Assembly (NCBI GenBank): GCA_003249165.1
Contig: QKJV01000214.1
Span: forward strand, 1 to 51,588
Source of the DNA: Desulfobulbaceae bacterium
Lineage (GTDB): Bacteria; Desulfobacterota; Desulfobulbia; Desulfobulbales; SURF-16
Direction of reading: 5' to 3'
Length of the DNA: 51,588 nt
Below are positions 28,576 to 37,654 of this stretch, one piece after another. Numbering within the stretch: the first letter of the stretch is position 1; each line of letters begins with the position of its first letter. The notes beneath the pieces are model-generated. The model saw nothing but the letters and a program-made list of their open reading frames with translations, had not been told where the DNA came from and made no database searches. A program made the translations under genes and the position numbers.

Positions 28576-30110
28576 CCTTCTTTGGTAGCAAGGACAAAGA
28601 GGTTGACCTTTTCATCCTCCGTAAGTATTTCGACATTAGAACCAAATGGAGTGTCGGAGAAGATATCTACTAAATCCTCACCTGTACGGTAGATCAATTC
28701 CCAGTGAAGGATCTCATCCATGAAAATCTGGTCCGGATAAGGCGCAAAATTGCCAAGAAGCAGTTTGCCGCCAGGTTCGAGATGATCATGACATCGTTTG
28801 ATCATTGCCTGAAAGAGTCGACGATCGAGATAATCGCATAATCCGGCGGAGTAAATAATATGTTGTTTGCCGATCTCATGGCTGACCCGCCCTAAAGCCC
28901 ATTTAACTAGATTCTCATTCATTAGTCTAATGTTAGCATTATGGGCAAAAACGTTTACATATTGATTTGTATAGCGTAAAGCCTCTGAATCTATGTCCAC
29001 ACAGAGTGCTTCTATGGCATGCGAATAGTCGCAATTTGCAATAAAATCGAAGAGTTCACGGTTTGGTCCACAGGCCAAATTCATTATCCTTACCCGTGAA
29101 GATTGTTGACGAAACGTTTCACTTAAAGCTGCTAATTGTCCTGAGAGGAGTTTTCTGCGGCCTCTGATAGCCTTAGCTCCCGGGCGTTGCAAACACCAAG
29201 CGTCCACTATTTTCCCGAGTTTGCCATCTCCTTCAGCTTTGTCCTTATAAATATGCTCCATCATAAGAAAGTCGCCAGCATACCCTTTAGGCTTGTAATA
29301 AGCTCTTTCGACAAAACGGCTGCGCATAATGTAGGGGAAAACCTCTTTAAAAATATACCCCCACATATAATCACGATCTTCTTGATTTATCATTAATGCT
29401 TTGTATCTTGCAAGATTTTCATTGATGGTATCGAGTAGAGTGTAACAGTCTCCTATGATTTTTGGATCTGGATCCTCCTGAGCAACGTCTTTTTGAAGTT
29501 GAAAGGAAAGGTTGAAGAGTTGTGCTTTGAGTGTTTCCACTTCGTTGCTGATCTGATACCATGCTGGGCTGTTAAGCAATTTGCCTGGGATAGGTCTTGA
29601 TTCGTTAAACTCACGTCGTTTTGAAGCGAGTGATGCAGCATAACCAATTAATGGTTCGTTTTCTTCAAGAACCCTCCTGAATTTTTTGCATATAAGTTTT
29701 GTCAATGAGGTGACAAGCCGACCATAAAGATCTGGTTTTTCGTAGAACATTTTTTCAACAATAGCAACATCGAAGCAAAAAATTTCTGCATCCTTAGTAG
29801 CACGGATATCACGTACACGCGATCCACCGTCGAAAAAGCCTATCTCTCCAAAAAAATCACCTGACCCAAGTAAAGCAACAGTAATTTTTGTTTTATCCGT
29901 TGTATGGGAAACTTCTATAGTTCCTTTTTGGACATAATAGAAGGCGGTGCAGTCCTGCTGTAATGTTTCATTTGCTGATAAACAGATTTTGTTTGAATAT
30001 TCTAAAATTGCCGCATTAAGTTGTCCATTTCCGGTAAAAACTACTTCATCATCCATTGGAAATTTTATCGGGTCGTTAAAAAGCGGGGATAATTGAACAG
30101 CTTTGTTCAT
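28572..30110 (-). CDS. cNMP-binding domain + class I SAM-dependent methyltransferase (PhcB-like)
   Basis: N-terminal cNMP domain (GDFFGEIG...R); C-terminal RAYYKPKGYAGDF, AIRGRR, NLACGP (SAM motif I), YSAGLCDYL, LEPGGKLLLGNF and WELIYR. Confidence 0.8.
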   Translation of the reverse strand: MNKAVQLSPLFNDPIKFPMDDEVVFTGNGQLNAAILEYSNKICLSANETLQQDCTAFYYVQKGTIEVSHTTDKTKITVALLGSGDFFGEIGFFDGGSRVRDIRATKDAEIFCFDVAIVEKMFYEKPDLYGRLVTSLTKLICKKFRRVLEENEPLIGYAASLASKRREFNESRPIPGKLLNSPAWYQISNEVETLKAQLFNLSFQLQKDVAQEDPDPKIIGDCYTLLDTINENLARYKALMINQEDRDYMWGYIFKEVFPYIMRSRFVERAYYKPKGYAGDFLMMEHIYKDKAEGDGKLGKIVDAWCLQRPGAKAIRGRRKLLSGQLAALSETFRQQSSRVRIMNLACGPNRELFDFIANCDYSHAIEALCVDIDSEALRYTNQYVNVFAHNANIRLMNENLVKWALGRVSHEIGKQHIIYSAGLCDYLDRRLFQAMIKRCHDHLEPGGKLLLGNFAPYPDQIFMDEILHWELIYRTGEDLVDIFSDTPFGSNVEILTEDEKVNLFVLATKEG

Positions 30111-30152
30111 TTTGTACTCCTTGCAAGAATAGAAAGTCCGGTTAACTGATTT

Positions 30153-30545
30153 TCATACTGCCGAGACAGATTCTTGCTCTTGTCCATATTTATTGATAAT
30201 ATTCTTCAAATTTTCCAGATGTTGTTCCGTCAAAATGCCAAATTTAATACAGCGTCTACGCATAGTAATCTGGCTGAAAGGCTGTTCAGTTGGCAAAATA
30301 AAATCGTTTATCGTTGTATACGGAATACCTTCAAGGCAAATACCGTCATCAGCCAGCAAGTCAAGGCTATTCGCATCCCTTGACGGACCGTTGGTAGAAA
30401 AGTAACAAAAAGCGAGTCCGGCAACACTTATATCTATTATTTGTCCGATTTTATTTGCTGGTGGACGTAGAAATGCGTATGTTCCGTCCCTGGCAAAATA
30501 TCTTTTGTGTTTTCTTCTATCTCTTATCGGCTGTTCATATGCCAT
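30153..30545 (-). CDS. PilZ-domain c-di-GMP receptor
   Basis: RRKHKR (RxxxR) and DISVAG (D/NxSxxG) motifs. Confidence 0.88.
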   Translation of the reverse strand: MAYEQPIRDRRKHKRYFARDGTYAFLRPPANKIGQIIDISVAGLAFCYFSTNGPSRDANSLDLLADDGICLEGIPYTTINDFILPTEQPFSQITMRRRCIKFGILTEQHLENLKNIINKYGQEQESVSAV

Positions 30546-30700
30546 TCTTTACCCCCATCTCTTTTTTTTCAGTAGCTACCGGAAATGTTTGTTTAAACAA
30601 TGACTGTCTTGATGGTTATTATGACTTCGTCAATTGGGTAAATCAATTGCGAATACCTTTTTTTATTCCCCTTAAAAATAAAACTATATTCATTCAAGCC

Positions 30701-30730
30701 TTGACAAGTATTATTACATCATTGTGTAAT
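30701..30730 (+). promoter_or_regulatory. sigma70-like promoter with overlapping palindromic operator
   Basis: TTGACA (30701-30706), 18-nt spacer, TGTAAT (30725-30730); perfect dyad ATTACA-N6-TGTAAT at 30713-30730. Confidence 0.45.
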
Positions 30731-30819
30731 TTTTTATTCATATCTATCGGCGATAGAAATAAATACTTTACTAGAAGTTTTATTTACAGAAATTCCATTG
30801 CCATTTAGGAGTGATTTGT

Positions 30820-31959
30820 ATGTCCTGTTCATATAGAGGAATTAAATTACATTTTTTCCCAGATTTGACTGAGGAAGAATTTCAATTAATTTTACCTATG
30901 TTGCAGCATATAGATTTGAAGGAAAATGATACTGTCATATCCGTTGGTGCAAAACATCTCGGTTTGTTTCTTATTGTAAAAGGAAAAGTTCGGAGAGAAA
31001 TGATGTTGGGGGTCAGAATCGGAACGACTGGCCTAGAAACATGGCAGGAAAAAGAGCTTTTTGAGACGAGGTCCCCTGGGCAGTTTTTTGGAGAAGAAGC
31101 ATTAATTTCCAATAAGCCAGCTTTGGAGGAATGGGTTGTATTGGAAGATGCGGAATTTCTCTATATCTCTCAAGATATTTTGGCTCAAATTCAACAAAAA
31201 TCAGCGGTTGTATATGGGAAAATACTTCAGGTTCTCAGCGTCGCTTTGTTTGATAAAGCCTGCAAAGAACAAAGCTGGCTTGCTGCAAGTATAGAAAACA
31301 AAAAGCTCGTTAAAAAGATGCGCATTGAGCGCAAAAAAAATAATGCAATGCATCGCATTGCCCAAAGTACATCAATTAATAATGTTAATCAAACTCTTGA
31401 TACTATACTGGATGCCTGCATGGACTGTCTTGAAGTTCAGAAGGGTTCTATTATGATCTATAATCGTGGAGTGCTACGGGTTGAAGCTGCTTTCGGCAAG
31501 AATAAAGATAACATTTTGGGGCAAGTTCAGCAGATAAATGACAGTAGTGTTTCTGGACGTTGTTTTTTGACTAAAAAACCAATTTTTATTCAGAATATTG
31601 AAGAGGAGGAGGGACTGCAGAAAACACCATATCCTGGGCAGTATTGGAATAATTCTCTCATTAGCCTGCCACTGATAAGTCTTGAAGGAGAAAGTATTGG
31701 GGTGCTGAATGTAAGTAAGACATCAAGAGATATATTTACGGAAGAGGATATGAAAATTCTTGAGGATCTTTCTTATGAAGCTTCTGCTGCATTAGCACAT
31801 GAGATTTCTCTAGCACGTCTTTATCGTAATTTTCAAGAAACTCTCCTTGAAGTTAAACAACTGCAATCAAATTTGAAGCAGATTGAAGAAAAAATTTACT
31901 GTATCATCCAGGCCTCTTGTCCAATAATGGATGCAATGGGAGCCACAGCAAATGAATAA
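30820..31959 (+). CDS. cNMP-binding + GAF domain protein without an output domain
   Basis: FFPDLTEEEF...GLFLIVKGKV...GQFFGEEAL cNMP fold; GAF with GSIMI, SLISLPL, IGVLNV and FTEED; terminal coiled coil. AGGAG RBS before ATG 30820. Confidence 0.78.
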   Translation: MSCSYRGIKLHFFPDLTEEEFQLILPMLQHIDLKENDTVISVGAKHLGLFLIVKGKVRREMMLGVRIGTTGLETWQEKELFETRSPGQFFGEEALISNKPALEEWVVLEDAEFLYISQDILAQIQQKSAVVYGKILQVLSVALFDKACKEQSWLAASIENKKLVKKMRIERKKNNAMHRIAQSTSINNVNQTLDTILDACMDCLEVQKGSIMIYNRGVLRVEAAFGKNKDNILGQVQQINDSSVSGRCFLTKKPIFIQNIEEEEGLQKTPYPGQYWNNSLISLPLISLEGESIGVLNVSKTSRDIFTEEDMKILEDLSYEASAALAHEISLARLYRNFQETLLEVKQLQSNLKQIEEKIYCIIQASCPIMDAMGATANE

Positions 31960-33496
31960 AATAAGCCCCTACGAAGAGTTTGCCAGACGCAATCTGGAGA
32001 TCTCCGACCGCGAAAAGCAGACGGTCGATGCTGTTGCGGCTCACGGTAAAATGACAGCGAGGCAACGAATTGAATTTCTTTTCGATGAAGGAACATTTCA
32101 GGAAGTTGATCGTTTTGTTACACATCGCTGTACTGATTTTGGTATGGGAAATAAGAAAATACCAGGAGATACAGTAATAGCTGGCAATGGCCTGATAAAT
32201 GGCAGACTTGTCCATGCTTACGCTCAAGATTTCAGTGCTTTGGGGGGATCATTCTCTGAAGAAAACACAAAAAAAATTTATAAAATCCTGGATAAGGCAA
32301 TGCAGCTTGGTACACCATATATTGGATTGAATGACTCCGGCGGTGCACGCATTCAGGAAGGAGTTTGTGGTTTAGCTGGTGTTGCCGAATTGTTTTTTAA
32401 AAATACACAAGCATCAGGACTTATTCCTCAGATTTCCGCTATCATGGGGCCCTGTGCCGGAGGGGCAAGCTATTCCCCTGCTTTGACTGATTTCATTATC
32501 ATGGTTGAGGGGCAAAGCCATATGTTTGTTACAGGCCCCGAGGTGATCAAAGCCGTAACACATGAGGAAGTGAGCATGGAAGAACTTGGAGGCGCCCATG
32601 CTCATCATCGCCAAAGCGGTGTATCTCACCTCGTTGCAGGAAATGATAGAGAATGCATAGTTCTAATCCGTGAGTTGCTGGATTACATTCCTTCGAATAA
32701 CATGGAAGAAAGCCCATTGAAGAAATGCTTTGACGATCCTCAAAGACGTGAACCATTACTAAATGATTTCATCCCAAATGACTCACGTTCATCCTATGAC
32801 ATGAAATCCCTCATTCGAGCAGTTGTTGATGAGGGATCTTTTTTTGAGATACAAGGTGCTTATGCTGCTAATCTGGTTATTGGTTTTGCTCGTCTCAATG
32901 GTAAATCGGTCGGTATTGTTGCCAACCAACCTGCGTATCTGGCTGGAGCCCTTGACACAAATGCCTCCCGAAAGGGTGCCCGTTTTGTCCGTTTTTGTGA
33001 TGCGTTTAACATGCCGCTAATAACCTTTGTCGATGTTCCCGGATTTCTTCCCGGCAAAGATCAGGAACTCAGCGGTATTATCCGTGACGGTGCCAAGCTA
33101 CTTTATGCCTATTGCGAGGCCACTGTTCCAAAAATCAGTGTTATCACGAGAAAAGCTTATGGCGGTGCCTATTGCGTGATGTCGAGTAAACATATTCGTG
33201 GTGATTATAATTTTGCATATCCTGGAGCTGAAATCGCGGTGATGGGGTCGGAGGCGGCCATAAATATTATTTATAGAAAACAACTTACCCGTCAGCCAGA
33301 TGATACTTTCAAAAACCAGAAATTGGAAGAATACAGAGAACGGTTTGCTAATCCTTATTTTGCCGCATCACATGGTTATATAGACGAAATAATCATGCCA
33401 GAGGACACACGTTGGCGTCTTGTTTCAGCCTTGGAGCGCTTGAAAACGAAGGTGGCCAAAAATCCTCTCAAAAAACATGGTAACATGCCGTTGTGA
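31952..33496 (+). CDS. pccB: acyl-CoA carboxylase carboxyltransferase (beta) subunit, PccB/MmdA-like
   Basis: GKMTARQRI, DSGGARIQEG, GPCAGGA.YSPA, DVPGFLPG, RKAYGGAY and the KHGNMPL terminus. Confidence 0.9.
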   Translation: MNKISPYEEFARRNLEISDREKQTVDAVAAHGKMTARQRIEFLFDEGTFQEVDRFVTHRCTDFGMGNKKIPGDTVIAGNGLINGRLVHAYAQDFSALGGSFSEENTKKIYKILDKAMQLGTPYIGLNDSGGARIQEGVCGLAGVAELFFKNTQASGLIPQISAIMGPCAGGASYSPALTDFIIMVEGQSHMFVTGPEVIKAVTHEEVSMEELGGAHAHHRQSGVSHLVAGNDRECIVLIRELLDYIPSNNMEESPLKKCFDDPQRREPLLNDFIPNDSRSSYDMKSLIRAVVDEGSFFEIQGAYAANLVIGFARLNGKSVGIVANQPAYLAGALDTNASRKGARFVRFCDAFNMPLITFVDVPGFLPGKDQELSGIIRDGAKLLYAYCEATVPKISVITRKAYGGAYCVMSSKHIRGDYNFAYPGAEIAVMGSEAAINIIYRKQLTRQPDDTFKNQKLEEYRERFANPYFAASHGYIDEIIMPEDTRWRLVSALERLKTKVAKNPLKKHGNMPL

Positions 33497-33597
33497 TGCC
33501 TTCCTGCTTTGAATGATTTTGATGAAGTTCCTTGTATAATCAAATAAACCAAACAAATTGGTTTAGCCCTAGGACGAAGAGCTGATTTTTAAAACTC

Positions 33598-35094
33598 ATG
33601 TTTAATAAGATTTTGATTGCCAATCGGGGTGAGATTGCCCTTAGAATTATGCGTACTTGTCGAGAGATGGGCATAAAAACGGTTGCTGTTTTTTCTCAGG
33701 CTGACAGGAAATCGCGTCATGTACGTTTCGCTGATGAGGCATATTGTATTGGCCCTGCGCCTGCCCTAGAAAGCTATCTTGATGGTGATGCTATCCTTAA
33801 AGTTTGCGGAAAATCTGGTGCTCAGGCTATTCACCCAGGGTACGGTTTTTTATCTGAAAACAGACAGTTTGCTGATAAATGCAGACGGGCAGGTTTTATT
33901 TTTATTGGACCGGAAGCGGTGGTTATCGAAAAGATGGGCAATAAGGGTATGGCTCGGGAAATAATGAGGGCAAACGGTATACCCATAATACCGGGAACAA
34001 CTGATTCTTTCGGCAGTTTTGAGGAAATTAGCGCTGTATGCGACACTATTGGCTTTCCCGTCATGCTGAAAGCTGCTTCTGGAGGAGGAGGGAAAGGAAT
34101 GCGTGTCGTTGTCGATGCCGATGGACTGCTCGACGCATTTCACGCTGTGCAGCGCGAATCCTATGCTTCTTTTGCGGACTCACGTATCCTTCTTGAGCGA
34201 TATTTCCCGGTTGCGAGACATGTTGAGGTTCAGATTCTCGCTGACAGTAGAGGAAATGTCACTCATCTTTTTGAACGGGAATGTTCCGTTCAGCGTCGTT
34301 ATCAGAAAGTAATTGAGGAATGTCCTTCGATTTATGTAAATGATGAATTACGAACCAGGCTTTCTGATGCTGCAGTTAAAGCTGCAAAAGCTGTCGGATA
34401 TACGGGGGCAGGGACAGTTGAATTCCTGCTGGATGACGAGAAAAATTTTTATTTTCTTGAAATGAATACTCGAATTCAGGTGGAACATTCAGTAACCGAA
34501 CTTGTAACGGGCATTGATATCGTTCGTGAACAAATACTTGTCGCGGCCGGTAAAAGTTTGAGCTTCAAGCAGGAGGATATTTCATGTAATGGTTTTGCCA
34601 TGGAATGCAGAATTTATGCTGAAGACCCGCGTAATTCCTACATGCCGGCACCTGGGCAGATCAAAAAAGCCGTGTTCCCGGAGGGGCCATGGGTCAGAAT
34701 CGATAGCGCGGTTTATGATGGGTGGGATGTAACCCTTCATTATGATCCTATGATAGCTAAAATTGCTGTATGGGGGCGGACCCGCGAGGAAACACGACGG
34801 AGAATGCTCCGTGCTCTGGATGAATGTATTATTTTTGGGGTGAAAACCAATCTTGAGTTGCATCGGCAGATTTTGACTGATGAACACTTTATCAATGGTA
34901 TGATCGACACCTTATTTCTTGATCGACTAGTTGACACCGTTCCGGAATTGGACAACCTCCATGACCTTGGGGTTATCGCTTCCATTTGCTGCATGGTGTC
35001 CTCCCCTCCTGAGCGGGAGAGTAATGTTGCCAGGCAGGATACCGGCCTTTGGCAGATGGCCAATAAATATCAGTTTTGGGCTTCGAGATTTTAA
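33598..35094 (+). CDS. accC: biotin carboxylase subunit
   Basis: KILIANRGEIA, IHPGYGFLSEN, GGGGKGMR, ERECSVQRRYQK, EMNTRIQVEH and YDPMIAK. Confidence 0.93.
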   Translation: MFNKILIANRGEIALRIMRTCREMGIKTVAVFSQADRKSRHVRFADEAYCIGPAPALESYLDGDAILKVCGKSGAQAIHPGYGFLSENRQFADKCRRAGFIFIGPEAVVIEKMGNKGMAREIMRANGIPIIPGTTDSFGSFEEISAVCDTIGFPVMLKAASGGGGKGMRVVVDADGLLDAFHAVQRESYASFADSRILLERYFPVARHVEVQILADSRGNVTHLFERECSVQRRYQKVIEECPSIYVNDELRTRLSDAAVKAAKAVGYTGAGTVEFLLDDEKNFYFLEMNTRIQVEHSVTELVTGIDIVREQILVAAGKSLSFKQEDISCNGFAMECRIYAEDPRNSYMPAPGQIKKAVFPEGPWVRIDSAVYDGWDVTLHYDPMIAKIAVWGRTREETRRRMLRALDECIIFGVKTNLELHRQILTDEHFINGMIDTLFLDRLVDTVPELDNLHDLGVIASICCMVSSPPERESNVARQDTGLWQMANKYQFWASRF

Positions 35095-35203
35095 AGGAGA
35101 TTTGTCCCTTGACCTTTTTATTTGATCGTTTTGCTGTTCTTCAAGGTTCTTTGTTGTTTCTCGATATCGTGTACGTATCCTGTTTTTTGTTTGGTAGAAA
35201 ACC

Positions 35204-35704
35204 GTGAAACGAGAAGTGAGGGTGGACAACAAAATTTACCAGGTCGAATATGAAAAAATGTCCGATCTGGTAAAAGTGTCGATTGACGGCCGCGCTTATC
35301 TTGTGGATTTCTCAAGCGTTGATGGAAGTTCCTTTTCGTTTCTGGTAAACAATCAATCCTATGATGCTATTGTCAGTAAAAACAAAGACACTTTTTCCAT
35401 AGTCCTTGGGGGAAAAACCTTCGATGTCGAATTTAATGATCCCCGAAGCAGGCAGCATTCTGATGAACGGCGGCAGACAAGAGAAAATTCCAGGCAGACT
35501 ATTTGTGCTCCCATGGCCGGTCGCATTGCGCGTTTCCGGGTATGCAAAGGAGATATGGTTAAAGAGGGGCAGGGGTTGGTCGTGCTCGAGGCCATGAAAA
35601 TGGAAAATGAACTTAAGTCTCAAGGGAGCGGCCAGGTAAAAGAGGTCTTTGTTGAGGAGAATGATATTGTTACCCCTGGCCAGTATCTGCTTATTATCGA
35701 ATAA
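35204..35704 (+). CDS. biotin carboxyl carrier protein (with N-terminal BT-like segment)
   Basis: APMAG and the EAMKMENE biotinyl-lysine motif; GTG start. Confidence 0.92.
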   Translation: MKREVRVDNKIYQVEYEKMSDLVKVSIDGRAYLVDFSSVDGSSFSFLVNNQSYDAIVSKNKDTFSIVLGGKTFDVEFNDPRSRQHSDERRQTRENSRQTICAPMAGRIARFRVCKGDMVKEGQGLVVLEAMKMENELKSQGSGQVKEVFVEENDIVTPGQYLLIIE

Positions 35705-35728
35705 TACTTCCTTTTTGATAAAATGTTT

Positions 35729-36097
35729 TTATCCCTTTTTTTTCCTGAGGATAAAAATTCGGCAATAGATTGTTAGATTAATGACAATCACCAATACTCC
35801 GAAAAGAATCTGTATCTCTTTGGACAAACCGGCTGGATAAACAACAGATTCGATATAATGTTCTATAAAACCATCCATGTAAATCGGTTGTCCCCCCTTC
35901 AGACGAAGACGCTGTTCAAGAGGGGTGAGCGGACAGATGCCGCCAGTGAATTCAATCATGGAGCCCCATATCACAGCCGGAATATGCAGATATAACAACC
36001 GGGGCCATTTCAATACGAGGCAACCGCCGATCATTACAAAAATTATAAAGAAGAGATGAACTATCAACAGCAGGTCAGCTGTAACTTTATAAAACAT
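35729..36097 (-). CDS. DUF2784 family membrane protein
   Basis: AD...H..FI.FV..GG, LHIPAV.WG and CPLTPLE..LR...G...Y..GFIEHYI. Confidence 0.85.
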   Translation of the reverse strand: MFYKVTADLLLIVHLFFIIFVMIGGCLVLKWPRLLYLHIPAVIWGSMIEFTGGICPLTPLEQRLRLKGGQPIYMDGFIEHYIESVVYPAGLSKEIQILFGVLVIVINLTIYCRIFILRKKKG

Positions 36098-36393
36098 TGG
36101 ATTTTAAATTTTGTTTACGGACTGATCCCGGAAATAGCCGAAAGGTGATAATGTTAAATTCAATTAATGTTTATTTAAGTAATATAATGAGATCCGATTC
36201 ATGCTAGGAACAGGAACTGTTGGTGAAAAACGACATGTTTCGTTTGTAATAAAAAACGTTTATCAGAGTGTTTTCCCCAGGCAAGTTTTTGGGAAGATAA
36301 GATGCCGCATAGTTTGTCATAAATTTGCGACTCACTATTTCTGTCACGGATCGTCATCAGTGGTGCTAATTATACAGAGTATTTCTCCGGCAA

Positions 36394-36993
36394 TTATTCG
36401 CTGAAACACTGAGCCTGATAGGTGAAAACTTCCAGTTTCCCCGTCTGCCACGCGTTGGAGGCAAGGCCAGCCTTTATGCAGAGATGACTGAGAAAGTCTT
36501 CCGTCCGCGGGAGTTGTTCCCATACCTGGGGAAGAAAGGTGGCACTGGCTAAACCGTCCCGGAGGATGACCCCATCTATTCTCGGGCGAAGTCTGGAGAG
36601 CAGTTCGTTGCCGTTTTCATATGCAAGTAGCTTGGGGTCGGTTAGAATACTTACCCCGATATCCAATTCATTGAATTCTTTTTTCTGCAATGGGGGGAAC
36701 CTGGGATCACCAAAGGCTGCATTAATCGCATTATGACGGATGTTTTCCAGAATTGATTCGACAGCAACGATCGAACCGATACAGCCCCGTAATTTACCAT
36801 GTCTGTGTAAAGTAACAAAGGTTCCTCGGGTCTGTTTTAGAGAGGAATCATGTACCACGGATTCTATTTTTTGCCGATCCTCATCTGGAATTGACAGACC
36901 AAGTTTATGCGCTATGGTCTGACGGGCCAGCATGATGAGTGTTTTTCCCTGGGCAGTGGTGATGTTGGTCGGCGGCGGATTTTGTTTATTCAT
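36394..36993 (-). CDS. AMMECR1-domain protein (AmmeMemoRadiSam system protein A)
   Basis: GTFVTL...G.LRGCIG, NAAFGDPRF, ATFLPQVWEQ and LCIKAG. GGAG RBS before ATG 36993. Confidence 0.92.
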   Translation of the reverse strand: MNKQNPPPTNITTAQGKTLIMLARQTIAHKLGLSIPDEDRQKIESVVHDSSLKQTRGTFVTLHRHGKLRGCIGSIVAVESILENIRHNAINAAFGDPRFPPLQKKEFNELDIGVSILTDPKLLAYENGNELLSRLRPRIDGVILRDGLASATFLPQVWEQLPRTEDFLSHLCIKAGLASNAWQTGKLEVFTYQAQCFSE

Positions 36994-37654
36994 AAATGTA
37001 TCTCCGCAAAAGGCCCGCATAGCATTACGCTGAAACAAGTAAAATGTGAAGCTATGAAGAATGAATCAAAAAGTGTCGCTGGTTAATGAACTAAATATAC
37101 TCGTTAGCAGGGGAAAGAGGAAGGAAATCTGACGATAAATTAATTAATAGGTCCAAAATATGCTTATTAATTAGATTATAATAGTTACAGGATCAGCCTA
37201 AATGGCGATTAGAACAAAGAAGAAGAACTTGATCGTTCCGCCAAGATACAACGGCAAATGTAAATCTGTGGATACGTGAATCAGTCTGCTCATATCGGCA
37301 CCTTTCTTAGTCAACTTCTTCAGGCCTTTTCACGTTGACTGATGCTAAAGTTCTGCTTGTGTATATTTTGCAGTCATGAAGCATTTCATCTTGAGATATT
37401 ACTGTGAGTTTTTGTCATATTACAGTTTTGCCTTTTTCCATACAGGCTGGATCATTTTTTAAGTTGGGGTTCTCTTATAAAATGGGCATCGTTGCGAAAT
37501 CAAAAAAAATGAAATGAGAGGCAAAGAAAATGTACTTCAATTATGATGAGACTGTAAATTTACAGCCGGCTGCTTTTTAAGAGTTTTTATAATTTGAAAA
37601 GCTAAGTGTGGTTGAAAAAACCTCAAAACAGCAGCTGATGCTAAGGAGGATTAA

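Noticed and set aside
31952-35704. Na+-pumping methylmalonyl-CoA decarboxylase
   Set aside because: A biotin carboxylase is present and there is no membrane beta subunit, so this is a carboxylase.
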